From the IMG/VR virus record IMGVR_UViG_3300046007_007030: DNA of 64,000 nucleotides. One strand, written 5' to 3'. Every line of letters begins with the position of its first letter. Position 1 is the stretch's first letter. Under the pieces are notes generated by a model. It was not told where the DNA came from. It did no database searches and saw only the letters and a program-made list of their open reading frames with translations. Shown piece by piece: positions 43,632 through 54,400 of this stretch. The position numbers and the translations under genes are program-made. Source of the stretch: a virus.

Positions 43632-44479
43632 GGTTGGTCCTTTCCGGCCGGATACGAGAAGCGTTCGAATGCGAAGTCGTAGTCGTCTGTCCAACTGATC
43701 TCAGAGTAGTCTACTGACTCTGCTACGTTGGACGTCGGCTCTCCGTTGGCTCTCATTCCTGGTTGTACTGTGATAGTCTCGGCCACGAAGTAACTCGCCG
43801 TGTCGCCGATAGCAGTGTTGGTGTCTTGAGCGAGCTTGAACTTGATGTTCGTCTCGGCCTTCTTGATGATCTTGCTCTTGCGGGTCGGTCCGTAGAGGTA
43901 TCCCTTCATCGTGAACTTGAGAGTCCAGACGAGAGCCCTGCGATCAGTGAAGTTGCCTTCCCACGTGTCGCTGACTTGCACGTCATTGAGCAGGGTAGGC
44001 ACGTCGATCACGATCTCCGGATCGTCGATGATCCTGATAGTAGCAGTCCAGTCCGGCGTGAAGAACGGCAGGATCTGCTCCATGATCTTCGCGCCATCCT
44101 CGGCGTTCTTGACTGCGCAGCTCAGCGTGAAGTTCAAGTTGTATGGCACTGGGTTGTAGTTGTACCTGGCCAGATTCTTGTTAGAGTCTGTGTTGACGAT
44201 CTGATTGATCGTGTTGAGCTTACGCGTAGTGTCGTACTGCACCGAGTTCAACTCGAAACTCATGTAGGGGACGAACAGCGCGAACGGCTTGTTGAGATTC
44301 GGATCTTCGTTGATACGAGCGATGGCCTTGTCTTTAGGACCATACGTGATCGGTACCTTGATGAGCTTGACCATGTTGCCGGCGGCGTCGTACCTGCGAA
44401 TGTAGATGTCGTTGAACATCGTACCGAACAGGATGATGTAGCGCCTTATAGAGCCGTGATACCAAGTCTGTCCAAACAT
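43628..44479 (-). CDS. gp15: Tail sheath stabilizer/terminator
   Basis: YH.SIRRYIILFGTMFNDI, VPITYGPK, EQILPFFTP. Confidence 0.95.
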   Translation of the reverse strand: MFGQTWYHGSIRRYIILFGTMFNDIYIRRYDAAGNMVKLIKVPITYGPKDKAIARINEDPNLNKPFALFVPYMSFELNSVQYDTTRKLNTINQIVNTDSNKNLARYNYNPVPYNLNFTLSCAVKNAEDGAKIMEQILPFFTPDWTATIRIIDDPEIVIDVPTLLNDVQVSDTWEGNFTDRRALVWTLKFTMKGYLYGPTRKSKIIKKAETNIKFKLAQDTNTAIGDTASYFVAETITVQPGMRANGEPTSNVAESVDYSEISWTDDYDFAFERFSYPAGKDQP

Positions 44480-45183
44480 TAGTTAGTTCCTATTTTCTGA
44501 AGATCACGTAGGCGTTTCTTTTCAGAGATCTTCTTCCTGATCTCTTCACCGCGCGGACCAGAATACAGTGCCCTCTGTGCTTCTCTCATCTTGGCTTTCG
44601 TCTCTTCACTTCTCTTTGACCCTATGTTAGAGTCGTTGTTTCTTTTTCCGGACGTGTAGTCGGCGCTGATCGCTCTTCCGATATTTGCAGAGTGCTCTTC
44701 ACTGAGCTTTCTACCAGACAGCGACTCTGAAATCTTCTTCTTTACGTCTTCTGTTTTAGACTTCTTAGCGGATGGGTTCGGCCTACCTTTACCAGATAAT
44801 GAGATTTTCTTTCTTATCTCTTCAGAATCTGATCGCTTTGTCCAGTGGTTAGCCTTGACTTTATCAGATACTGACTTGATGCTCTCATCGTACTTGTGCC
44901 AGACTTCATTTGTAGTTATTTTGATATTGTAATATCTGACCTTGATTTCTTCTGGTTTTATCATATCGAGCCAGCGCTGCTCTTCTATGTATGTACTCTT
45001 TCGATCTTGAATATTTGACTTTAAGATCTTGCGTCGGAAATCTTCTGGTCTGTGCTTATAAGCCTGTTTCATCCAAGAAGAGCTGCAAACATATCCATCA
45101 TCTTCTCTACCCCAATGACATCCGACATAGTATCTCTTGTGCTTTCTGTCGTACCAGAGGTAGACGAAACCGTACTTATGCAT
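44479..45183 (-). CDS. Seg-like GIY-YIG homing endonuclease with NUMOD3 repeats
   Basis: GFVYLW...YYVGCH...YVCSS; SEETKAKM, KKKISESLSGRKLSEEH; AT-rich. Confidence 0.88.
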   Translation of the reverse strand: MHKYGFVYLWYDRKHKRYYVGCHWGREDDGYVCSSSWMKQAYKHRPEDFRRKILKSNIQDRKSTYIEEQRWLDMIKPEEIKVRYYNIKITTNEVWHKYDESIKSVSDKVKANHWTKRSDSEEIRKKISLSGKGRPNPSAKKSKTEDVKKKISESLSGRKLSEEHSANIGRAISADYTSGKRNNDSNIGSKRSEETKAKMREAQRALYSGPRGEEIRKKISEKKRLRDLQKIGTN

Positions 45184-45235
45184 ATCTTACTCCATAGAAT
45201 CAATTGTCCTATAGTATATATGCAAAGTATATCTT

Positions 45236-45967
45236 CTACCAGCGCCTTCCTTCAGCAAACGGGTCGATCTCAGTGAAGTCCAGGAACGTGTTGCCCTGCT
45301 GCTGGAACATGTCTCCGTCGTCGAGCAAGTCGTTCTTCTGAGCGTACTCCTCGAATAGGATAGGCAAGCCTTCGGTCTCGTCGACGAGGATGTCTCCAGC
45401 TTCTGTCGTGAGACCGGCGTTAGTGAAGTCGAACTCGTACTTCTTCGTGAGGATGTCTATCTCTGGGATGCCAGTGGAAAAAGTCTCTCCGCTGTACTCG
45501 AAGAGCTCACAGATCACGTCGAAGGTCTGTAGCGAGCCGAGCTGATAGAAGATGGCCTCGTGCTCCACGAACATGATCTTGAAGATCTTCTTATTGAGTG
45601 GGAAGTATATGAGGTCGCCTTCGTATGGACGTGTAGTTCCCTCATTAGATCCGACCTCGTCTGAGAAGATGCGACGCGCCATAGTGAATGTGACGCGATC
45701 GCGGATCTCGACGCCGAACTTAGACAGGAAGTCGCCATCGCCCTGGAACCCGTCCACGTTCTTGATGTAGAGCTCGATCGGATAAGCGCGGTCGTAGAAA
45801 GATGCGGCGTCTTCAGTGTACACCTGATCGAGACCGCCGTAGCGACGCGGCAGGTAGTGCATGTCCTGACCGTAGATCTTGATCGACTCGATGATCAAGT
45901 CCTCGATTACGCCCTGCTCGTTACTAGCCTGGAAGTTATTGAAGTAGAAGTTTGTACCGGTACCCAT
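45236..45967 (-). CDS. gp14: Neck protein
   Basis: EQ..IEDLIIESIKIYG, SKFG, RPYEGDLIYFP, CELFEYS. Confidence 0.95.
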   Translation of the reverse strand: MGTGTNFYFNNFQASNEQGVIEDLIIESIKIYGQDMHYLPRRYGGLDQVYTEDAASFYDRAYPIELYIKNVDGFQGDGDFLSKFGVEIRDRVTFTMARRIFSDEVGSNEGTTRPYEGDLIYFPLNKKIFKIMFVEHEAIFYQLGSLQTFDVICELFEYSGETFSTGIPEIDILTKKYEFDFTNAGLTTEAGDILVDETEGLPILFEEYAQKNDLLDDGDMFQQQGNTFLDFTEIDPFAEGRRW

Positions 45968-45976
45968 GGCGGCTCC

Positions 45977-46963
45977 TTAGCCGTACATGTCGAGTACTGG
46001 GAGCGAGTAGCTGCTGATCATCTCAGCCTCTAGCTTGTCTATCTCTTCAGCTGCCTCGTCGTATATCTGTTGCCCGTTGAATGTGATGCCGCCCGGTAGT
46101 TGCATACCCGAGAACTTCTTGAGATTGACACCCCACTGCTTCTTGATGAGTGAAGTAGCGTATCGCGACAACCATCGATCTCCCCACGCGTCCCTGTACT
46201 CTTCAGGATCGATGACTCGGTAGCACTCTATGAGGATGAACCTGCCGGTAGGCAGCTTGCTCCAGTCGGTGTCGATGTACATCTTGTCGGTGTGACGATT
46301 GAACCTGACCGGCTGCTGACCTACTAGGAGCTGCTGAATGAGAGCTAAGTGCTCCATCGCCATGTAGTACGGAGTCAGCTGCACGCTGGTCAGAGTGTAC
46401 AGATCGTTCAGGGCTATCTGGTAGCGGATGTTGAAGATGTCGTTGACCGAGAGAGACGGGTCGCCGATCGGGAAGATGCCAATCACGCCCATGACGTTCT
46501 CAGGCAGCTTGATGTAACCACCCTTGTAACCACGAAGGTCTGCACCTGAGCCGCCAGTCGTTGTGATCGTGACACTAGGGTCCAGCGTATAGAGAGCACC
46601 GTTATTCGCTATGGTCACGGATACGATGCCGCCGCTGCTGTTAGTAGTCAAAGTGGCGGTGGCACCGGTTCCAGTCGTATCACTCGTATTGGCAGTGATG
46701 ACTATCGTATCGGAGTTAGAGTAGCCAATACCGCCATTGGCGATAGTGATCTCCTTGATGGCGTCCCTGCGGTCGCCATCTTGGATCATGTACTTGTAGT
46801 ACAATCTCTCAGAGCCATCGAAGTGATAGTCCCAGTAGTACTTCAGCGCCTCGTCGATGCGGTCGTCCACCTGATCGTCGTCGACGTTGATCTCGATCAC
46901 GGGCTTGCCCAGCTTACGCAGGCAGTACTCCTTGAACTCGGCTTTGGTGGTTGGCGTAGACAT
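45977..46963 (-). CDS. gp13: Neck protein with an inserted beta domain
   Basis: YCLRKLGKPVIEINVDDDQ, KKQWG.NL.KF.GMQLPGG; TATAAATA at 46987-46994. Confidence 0.95.
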   Translation of the reverse strand: MSTPTTKAEFKEYCLRKLGKPVIEINVDDDQVDDRIDEALKYYWDYHFDGSERLYYKYMIQDGDRRDAIKEITIANGGIGYSNSDTIVITANTSDTTGTGATATLTTNSSGGIVSVTIANNGALYTLDPSVTITTTGGSGADLRGYKGGYIKLPENVMGVIGIFPIGDPSLSVNDIFNIRYQIALNDLYTLTSVQLTPYYMAMEHLALIQQLLVGQQPVRFNRHTDKMYIDTDWSKLPTGRFILIECYRVIDPEEYRDAWGDRWLSRYATSLIKKQWGVNLKKFSGMQLPGGITFNGQQIYDEAAEEIDKLEAEMISSYSLPVLDMYG

Positions 46964-47005
46964 CTATGTTCTCCAGTTCTTCCCTATATTTATAGGTCAG
47001 GAGAG

Positions 47006-47518
47006 TTACTTTTTCTTTTCTGCAGTAGAGACTGTAGTGACGACTCTTCCATGAGTCATGCCACCGTAGCCGGTCTTCTCCAGTATTCTAGAACCGAACC
47101 AGAAGCCCATGACGGCGCCGAATAGAGACATCGTGTCTTGATCCCAGACGGCCTTGAGCATCTCGGTCATCGAGGCTCCTTGCTTGATCATGACACTTAC
47201 GACTGCAATCTTGATGGCGATGAATGCGAAGAAGAAGATGTAGGTTATAACAGGGCGAATAGAAGCGCGTAGTGCGTTAATAAACTTTCCACCATCAACG
47301 TTATTATCATAAGATCGAACAGATTTTGCGTCTTCAACGTCCGCCTTAGCGTCTTCAATAGCGATCTGGACTTGAGCATTCTGTACCGCGGCCTCCATCT
47401 GCAATTTGATAGTCTCTACCTGGAACTTGAGTTCCTGCTTGCGCTCGAAGATTCGAACTATAGCAGGCAGGAGGCTTCCCAGTATACCTAGAAATGGTGA
47501 CAGTAGCGTGATCAACAT
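47006..47518 (-). CDS. Holin-like membrane protein (GTA 3TM holin-like)
   Basis: LRASIRPVITY...GFWFGSR; hydrophobic helices. Confidence 0.7.
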   Translation of the reverse strand: MLITLLSPFLGILGSLLPAIVRIFERKQELKFQVETIKLQMEAAVQNAQVQIAIEDAKADVEDAKSVRSYDNNVDGGKFINALRASIRPVITYIFFFAFIAIKIAVVSVMIKQGASMTEMLKAVWDQDTMSLFGAVMGFWFGSRILEKTGYGGMTHGRVVTTVSTAEKKK

Positions 47519-47527
47519 CTTGTCTCC

Positions 47528-47935
47528 TCAATAACCTGTAGCTCTTCTGATTCTCGGGAGCAGCGAGGCCACGAAGCCTCCAGTCTCCTTGGCGGCTTTG
47601 ACAGGTGCTATTAGTCCCGGAGCCGCCGCGACCGCCACAGTGCCGGCAACGTCTCCTAACACGGAAGCACCGGGCTCATCCTTCTCGCCCTTGGCCAGCT
47701 TCTGCTTCTCTTGTTCTAGCTCTTTATTGTAGTTAGTCTTCCTACCGAGAGCCTTCTTGATTACGGTGTCGGCTCCGGCTCGGACGTACTTATAAGTACC
47801 CAGAGAAGCCTTGTCAGCGAAGTTCCTACCGAACGTGGATACACTCTTCATCGAAGGAACGTAGTCCTTCCAGCCCTCTTCGAGCTCGTCGTCCATCTCT
47901 TCTTGGAGCTGTCTAAATTCTTTGAAAGTCAGCAT
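47528..47935 (-). CDS. Putative internal head protein
   Basis: MLTFKEF...LEE CTS-like N-terminus. Confidence 0.55.
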   Translation of the reverse strand: MLTFKEFRQLQEEMDDELEEGWKDYVPSMKSVSTFGRNFADKASLGTYKYVRAGADTVIKKALGRKTNYNKELEQEKQKLAKGEKDEPGASVLGDVAGTVAVAAAPGLIAPVKAAKETGGFVASLLPRIRRATGY

Positions 47936-47958
47936 CTACTTTTCCTTCGGCTTCGGTG

Positions 47959-48618
47959 CTACCTGTTTATCGTTTCACCGGGTTTCAGTCTTCTTGCTCT
48001 CTTCAAGAACCCTGGATTTTTCTTTTCTAGGTCATCGAGCGTCATGCCGAGTGACTTTGCAATCTTCGTCGGGTTATCGCCAGACTTTATCTTGTATGAA
48101 CCACCAGAAGACGCCTTTTGATTTTCTGCTGGAGCGAGCCTCGTCTTCTTCGATGCCGGATAACCAGACTGCGGAGCTACGAGAGAACCGACTTTTGGTT
48201 TCTCAGCTGGTTCTTTTTTCTGCATAGCCGGTGGAGTATTGATCTTTCGCGTTATGTTCGCGAGTTTGACTTTAGTATCAGTCGCCATTCCTGTTTTTGC
48301 TGAACGAGTATCGGGATAAGATACCGCTCTCATTTTCTTACCGGACTGATCGTATCCTTTTTTAGCCAGCTCTCTACCTACGGCATCATCTTTACCTGTC
48401 ATGGGTTTGTCTGGTGATACCCTATACGACTTGACTTTAGGATCGGCAAACGGTGAATTTGCGCCGGTAGTATCTACGGACTTATTTGGATTCTCTTGAG
48501 GTGGGACTATACCTTTCGAAAGAAGTTTCATCTTAGTGTCATCACCGAATTGCTTTTTTGGTGCTACGTCGGGGAAGATACGACTTGCTTCTGCGACAAA
48601 CTTCTTGAACGTCTTCAT
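47959..48618 (-). CDS. LysM-domain protein with a CTS-like N-terminus
   Basis: MKTFKKFVAE; C-terminal YKIKSGDNPTKIAKSLGMTLDDLEKKNP...LKPGETI. Confidence 0.78.
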   Translation of the reverse strand: MKTFKKFVAEASRIFPDVAPKKQFGDDTKMKLLSKGIVPPQENPNKSVDTTGANSPFADPKVKSYRVSPDKPMTGKDDAVGRELAKKGYDQSGKKMRAVSYPDTRSAKTGMATDTKVKLANITRKINTPPAMQKKEPAEKPKVGSLVAPQSGYPASKKTRLAPAENQKASSGGSYKIKSGDNPTKIAKSLGMTLDDLEKKNPGFLKRARRLKPGETINR

Positions 48619-48920
48619 TTATCACCCGTCGGTGTTAGAGTTGTTTTTGTCTTTTCTTGTATCATTAGATCACCTTCTAATACCCTGGTGATCTTCTCTT
48701 GACCTCTGGTCCAAGCCGAGACTCCGATGATGGCAGCCATGGCTATGTGATAGAAACCGCCGTCCTTGAGAGTGATCGGATCCCAGTTGTTGTCGGTCTT
48801 CAAGTAGTAACCTAGCGAGAAGTCACATAGTGGAAATATGATGAAGTCGAATATACACACGGTGAAGTACTGCCAAGCGATCGCCGGCCTCCAGTACTGC
48901 TTGACCCACGACTCTTCCAT
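48615..48920 (-). CDS. Holin-like protein
   Basis: WRPAIAWQY..CIFDF...FYHIAMAAIIGVSAWTRGQEK; adjacent to the endolysin. Confidence 0.65.
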   Translation of the reverse strand: MEESWVKQYWRPAIAWQYFTVCIFDFIIFPLCDFSLGYYLKTDNNWDPITLKDGGFYHIAMAAIIGVSAWTRGQEKITRVLEGDLMIQEKTKTTLTPTGDK

Positions 48921-49711
48921 TACATCATCATCCTATTGAGAGTGTCGGTGTCGATGGCACCGGTAGCTGGTAATTTGTTCTTCGTCTGAAAGTCCTTGAC
49001 CGCCTGTTCGGTCTTAACGCCGAAGTCACCGTCGGCTACGATTGCAGCACCCTTCCTGACGAGCATGTCTTGCAGGTCCTTGACGTAGGAAGACTTGTCG
49101 CCTCTCTTCGCCACGACTATGGGAGGAATCAGCGGATCTACTGGCGCAGGAGGTGGTTCCGATGATTCATAAGTTGACAATTTCAGGTCTTTAGGTATAA
49201 TAGCTTTGGCCTTCACAAGATACTGCTTACGATCGTCGATGCCGTTGAAGCCGCCATTGATCCTCTTAGTGATCGTCATGACGTCGTCATTGTCTGCGAA
49301 TGCTGACAATCCCCTAGAATTCCAGTACTCACACGCGGTCTTGATAGAGACCAGTGGATCCTTGGCCAGTTCTGGGTTGTTCTCCAGGTCGTAACCTAGC
49401 TTCTGTCCATAAGTCCTGTAGTTGGCCCTGCCTGTCAGCTGGAAGATGCCGCGGCCCTTGTAGCGCCTGCCATCTCCTGGCTGTGTATTGCCTAAGTCTT
49501 TGCGGCCCTCGTAGGCCGCTCCGGTAGCGTACTCCTCGAGAGTCCTGAAGCTGGCAGACTCGTGAGCCGCCTGAGCCAGGAAATGACATACCCTGAGATA
49601 GGTGTTGATGTTGTACTTCGCTAGCTGATCATTCAAGTTATCGGCTAGGTGAGCTATGATCTCCTCCTTCGCAGAAGGAGCCAGTTTTCTAAGCATATCT
49701 TTGGTTATCAT
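48920..49711 (-). CDS. Endolysin, GH19 with C-terminal peptidoglycan-binding domain
   Basis: HFLAQAAHES, YKGRGIFQLTGRANY, ITKRINGG; DGDFGVKTEQAVKDFQ. Confidence 0.93.
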   Translation of the reverse strand: MITKDMLRKLAPSAKEEIIAHLADNLNDQLAKYNINTYLRVCHFLAQAAHESASFRTLEEYATGAAYEGRKDLGNTQPGDGRRYKGRGIFQLTGRANYRTYGQKLGYDLENNPELAKDPLVSIKTACEYWNSRGLSAFADNDDVMTITKRINGGFNGIDDRKQYLVKAKAIIPKDLKLSTYESSEPPPAPVDPLIPPIVVAKRGDKSSYVKDLQDMLVRKGAAIVADGDFGVKTEQAVKDFQTKNKLPATGAIDTDTLNRMMM

Positions 49712-49718
49712 GTCGTCC

Positions 49719-50750
49719 TCATGCGTCTTCGAATCTGATGACTACTAGTCCTTGGCCGCCAGTGAGTGCTTGATCGGCTCCTCGTCCTACGCCTACGCCA
49801 GCGATGTAGTCGGCATCGCTAGTGTTAGGAGGATTTACATTTGCAGAAAAAGCACCTTTGACTCCTTGCAGATTCGTAGTATTGGTGGCTCCATCTACGT
49901 AACTAGAGCCGCCGCCTCCGCCTCCGCCTCCATGATTGTTAGCATCACCGCCGCGGCCGCCTCCGCCTCCGCCGTAGTAACCCGCGCCACCGCCTCCGGC
50001 ACCACCACGATCGCTGCCGTACGCACTCCTATCGCCACCTTCACCTGCTAATCCGCCTAGTACTGCGTTTGCGCCATTGATACCTTTGTTAGTACTATTT
50101 GTAGTATTGCCATCACCTCCCTTATAGATGGCGCCAACAGATCCGTCTCCTTCACCAGGGCCGCCGATGCCTCCACTTGTCTGAGTGCCACCAGTGCCGC
50201 CTCTGTAGTCACTCGTTCCTCCTACTAATCCGCCACCAGCACCGCCGTTGCCGCCTGTAGTATTACGGCCTCCTCCTCCACCTCCGCCTCCGCCGGCAAT
50301 GAGCAGTGGAGTCGTTCCCCTAAAAATACCGGCGAAAGAGCCACCGCCTCCGCCAAGTGCGTCAGCGCCAGACTCACCGAGTCCACCCGTAGGAACAAAA
50401 ATATTGAGTACTTCACCTGGTGTTACTGATATAGTTCCTTTTACATAACCTCCAGAGCCACCACCGCCGCCGGAATCTCCTTGTCCTCTTCCGGTATCGC
50501 CACCTCCGCCGCCTGCTCCCCAACACTTGACGTATATCTTGTCGTATATCGAAGACAGATTAGTAGGAACCGTGAAAGTAGTATATCCAGTAGTAGAGAA
50601 GACGTAAGTCGGGGCGATCGGTCCCCAACGCTTCCATACGCCACCGACATTGATGTATCCGGAGCTGACTAGCTTCCAGACGCCGCCGACGTTGATCCAC
50701 TCGTCTTTGACTTCTTTGAACACTCCGCCTATGTTGACGTACTTCGCCAT
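49719..50750 (-). CDS. Glycine-rich tail fibre tip/adhesin-like protein
   Basis: Three N-terminal (Y/W)(V/I)N(I/V)GGV(F/W)K repeats; many polyglycine motifs. Confidence 0.7.
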   Translation of the reverse strand: MAKYVNIGGVFKEVKDEWINVGGVWKLVSSGYINVGGVWKRWGPIAPTYVFSTTGYTTFTVPTNLSSIYDKIYVKCWGAGGGGGDTGRGQGDSGGGGGSGGYVKGTISVTPGEVLNIFVPTGGLGESGADALGGGGGSFAGIFRGTTPLLIAGGGGGGGGGRNTTGGNGGAGGGLVGGTSDYRGGTGGTQTSGGIGGPGEGDGSVGAIYKGGDGNTTNSTNKGINGANAVLGGLAGEGGDRSAYGSDRGGAGGGGAGYYGGGGGGRGGDANNHGGGGGGGGSSYVDGATNTTNLQGVKGAFSANVNPPNTSDADYIAGVGVGRGADQALTGGQGLVVIRFEDA

Positions 50751-50751
50751 G

Positions 50752-51432
50752 TCAGATCACATTCTCCGGCCAGTACTTAGGTTCGTTGAAGTCTTGTGGA
50801 ATCGGATTCATATTCTTGATGTTCCAGCTGTGCTCATAGACTCTCGTGACGTATCCCATGATTCTCTGCCAGAGGAGTGACATCTGAGCCGGCGTCAAGT
50901 CGTACATGACGTTCTTATCATCTCTAAAAGTCATCTTAGTAGTGACTCCCTGAGACACATAGAGATTAGCGAGTGTCGCCAGATTGGTCAAGTTTCTCAT
51001 GTCTTCTGGAGTACCACGTACGTAGATGACGCCGATTCCGTCGAGACTGACTGAACAACCGGCAGCTATCTTCTTCTCGCGTGTCACATTGACTTCGAGT
51101 CTCATCTGATCCTGCATCGACGCCAACTCGTCTGCATCTAGGTCCAAGACTGACCACGTCTGCGTGACTGAGTTAGTCTTAGGATCGATCTTCAAGTCTT
51201 CGAGAGGAGTCTTGACGAGCTTCTTCTCGTACTTGTTGTAGTCTGGTGCTATGGTGTCGATGAATCCATAGTACCCGTCTTGGACGAGCCACGCGTCTGT
51301 TGGCCTCTTGCCTGAAGAAGTCTTGAATGTGAGTGGTGCGTCGGAGATCTGTTTCACCTTGCCGTTCTCGACTAAGACGAATTTATTCCACTTGCGCGTT
51401 CCGACGTCTGGATCTATCTGAATTTTTGCCAT
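50752..51432 (-). CDS. Tail fibre-associated protein (DUF4376-like)
   Basis: FRDDKNV..DLTPAQM motif; located after a fibre gene. Confidence 0.65.
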   Translation of the reverse strand: MAKIQIDPDVGTRKWNKFVLVENGKVKQISDAPLTFKTSSGKRPTDAWLVQDGYYGFIDTIAPDYNKYEKKLVKTPLEDLKIDPKTNSVTQTWSVLDLDADELASMQDQMRLEVNVTREKKIAAGCSVSLDGIGVIYVRGTPEDMRNLTNLATLANLYVSQGVTTKMTFRDDKNVMYDLTPAQMSLLWQRIMGYVTRVYEHSWNIKNMNPIPQDFNEPKYWPENVI

Positions 51433-51444
51433 GTCCCTATTTCC

Positions 51445-54400
51445 TTAAGCGATGTACTGGAGCCAGATGTCGCCAGCCGAGCCTCCTGATGGACTGGTCG
51501 TAGCCACATACCTATTGCCCGTAGCGTTATTACCCCAGACGACGCCAGACACGCGTATCGCGGTAGAGTTGATCAGAGCATTCGAGGTGGAGTTGCCGAC
51601 TAGGATCCTGGACGGATTCACGTCTACTGCCATCGTGCTATTACTGGTCAACAGAGTATTGAAGTCCAGCGCCATGTTGGCAGTGGTGTTGCCAATGAAT
51701 AGCCTGCTGGTAGAAATCGATACGTTAGAACCGACATTCACCGTAGTAGTGAATATCGGCGCCGTGACGTTCGCGTAGTAGGATGGTAGCTGACCACTGA
51801 AGTATGTAGCGTTATTCGAAGTCAGTGTCGCCACGTTGGCCGAGAGACCTCCAGATGTCTGATAGAATGAAGATAGCTGACCGTTGAAGTACGTAGAGTT
51901 GTTCGAAGTCAGTGTCGCCACGTTGGCCGAGAGACCGGCTCTTGTCTGATAGTCGGCCAGAGTAGTCGTGAGAGTAGAAGTATTGACCACGGCTGCAGCC
52001 GCCGTACTTCCCACGAACGAGGTATTATTAGCAGTGCCTGTGAAGAACGTGCTATTCACGGTGCTGTTGACCGTGCTGTTGCCTATGAATAGGACGCTCG
52101 AGTTTAGTGTGACATTGGCGCCAACTGTGACGTTTGCAGAAGCGCTGACAGTCGTCGCAGCGACGTTACCGGTCAAGTTCGCGCTTACCGAAGTAGCGCT
52201 GAGAGAAGTGACGTCAGTCACAGCACCAGCGATCGACGCCGCTCCCTCTACTCTCAACTTATGAGCCGGTATGTTATTGCCTACGCCGAAGTTACCATTC
52301 GCCGCTGCTAAGAGCACGTTGGCGCTGGCGTTTACTACCCTGAAGGTCGCTGTTATGGAGTTGTTAGTTCCATTCAGCGTCGAGTTGCCATTGAAGACTA
52401 AGTTACCGGCTAGAGTATAGTTCGCTGAGGTGTTGACGTAGTTAGTAGCACTCACACCAGCGAGTTGAGTGGAGTTCAGCGCAGTCATCGTGGCCACGTT
52501 TGCAGCCAGAGTTGAATTCAGCTGATAAGATCCAGAGGCAGTACCACCTAGGTGAGTGGCGTAGATTCCGGTCGTATTTGCGAACTGAGTAGCGCCAATC
52601 CTATAAGAAACGGCGTTGACGAGGGTAGAGTTAGCCAGGAACGCAGACCCTATCGAAAACGCTGAAGTGTTTATGAGTACGCTGGCTCCGACTGTCACGT
52701 TTGCCGTGGCAGACACGAAGGTGGCAGTAACGTTACCGGTCAGATTACCCGATATGCTCGTCGTCGAGATGAAGTTAGAATTGATAGTGGTAGCACCGGC
52801 GGTGTTTTGGACTACGACTTGTGGAGCTGAAGTCACACTATTATTGCCGACCACTACATCCGTGGAGCGCACCTGCACTCTCGAAATCGTGTTACTCAAG
52901 AGGATGAGAGAAGTGTTGACCAGGACGTTAGCGCCCACGGCGACGTTAGAAGAGACGTTGATAGTGCTCGCTACCACATTACCAACGAACGCCGTCGAGT
53001 TGACAGAGATGTTGACAGAGGCGTTACCTATGCTGACGTTAGCATTGGATAGCCAGCCGTTAGAAGCGAACTTATAGACCCAACTGACGCCAGTGGTGTC
53101 CACTGTGAGTCCGGCTCCGTCGGCAGCGGCTGAAGTAGGTACGCTCTTGGCGACCGTGATATTCAGATCTGTGACGTCGAGAGTGGCCGTGTTCAGTGAG
53201 GTAGTAGTACCAGTCACTACTAGATTGCCGTTGATGGTGAGGTTAGCGGTCACCACATCGGTAGAGTTGGCCTTGAAAGCCGTGCCTACTTGGAAGGTAG
53301 CCGCGTTGACGGTCGTGGCATTCACTGTAGTAGCGTTAGCAGTCGTGACCGTCAGACTCGAAGAATTGATCGAAGTCGAGTTGATCGAGGTAGAGTTGAT
53401 CGATGTAGAGTTGACTCTTCCAGCCACCACGTTACCTACGAAGGCGCTGCTATTGGCGTAGACATTTCCACCAGCAGACCCGACTACTACATTTGTAGTA
53501 GAGAAAAAGTTCGTGGTGTTAACTGTAGTAGCATTGACCGAGGTAGAGTTGACCGTAGTAGCGTTGGCCGTCGTGACATTAGAAGTAGTAGCCGTCATCG
53601 ACGAGGCATTCACGGAAGTAGCGTTCACCGACGTCGAGTTGATCGAGGTAGAGTTCAAGGAAGTGCTGTTGACACTGACGGCGAATACATTACCTACGAA
53701 CGCGCTGCTGTTGACGGTAGAGTTGACTGACGAGTTGCCTATAGTGATAGAAGCAGTGCCGATCGCCACATTGAAGGTGCTATTACTGATCCTAAGAGCG
53801 TCTATGGTCAACTGACCATTAGCCGTAGAGTTACCTATTGATATGCCGTCTAGATTGACGTTAGCGAAGCGCCCAGAGCTGTTAGACACTCTGACGGAGT
53901 GACTGAACATCACGGAGTTGACGCTGCTGTTACCGACGGCGTATCTACCGTTTATCGGTACGTTCACATCGACGACATGCGCCGAACCCCACAGAAAAGA
54001 ACTGTTTCCAAGGGAGAATGATTCGGTGACGCTCGGAGTGAAGTCGCCGCCAGCTACAGAGTCGCTAACTGAAGTCAGAGTACCATCGACGATCACATCA
54101 CCATCGACCAAGATGTTTCCATTGACTCTAGCGTTTCCTCTAACTCTGAGTACGTACTGAGCAGCGGCTGGCTCTATTACTACGTTCGCAGTGGTGTTAC
54201 CCATGGAGAGGATCGTCGAGTTGATCCAGACATTTGAGCCTATGTTGATCGTGGCGCCGACGGTGTTGATTACCACGTTTCCAGCGTTTATGCCAGATGG
54301 GCTGAAGTTAGCACTAGATACCGAGTTAGTCAGTTGAATAGTAGGAGTGTTGGCGACCGTGCTATTACCCACGGTTATGTTGCCGCCTGATACATTCATC

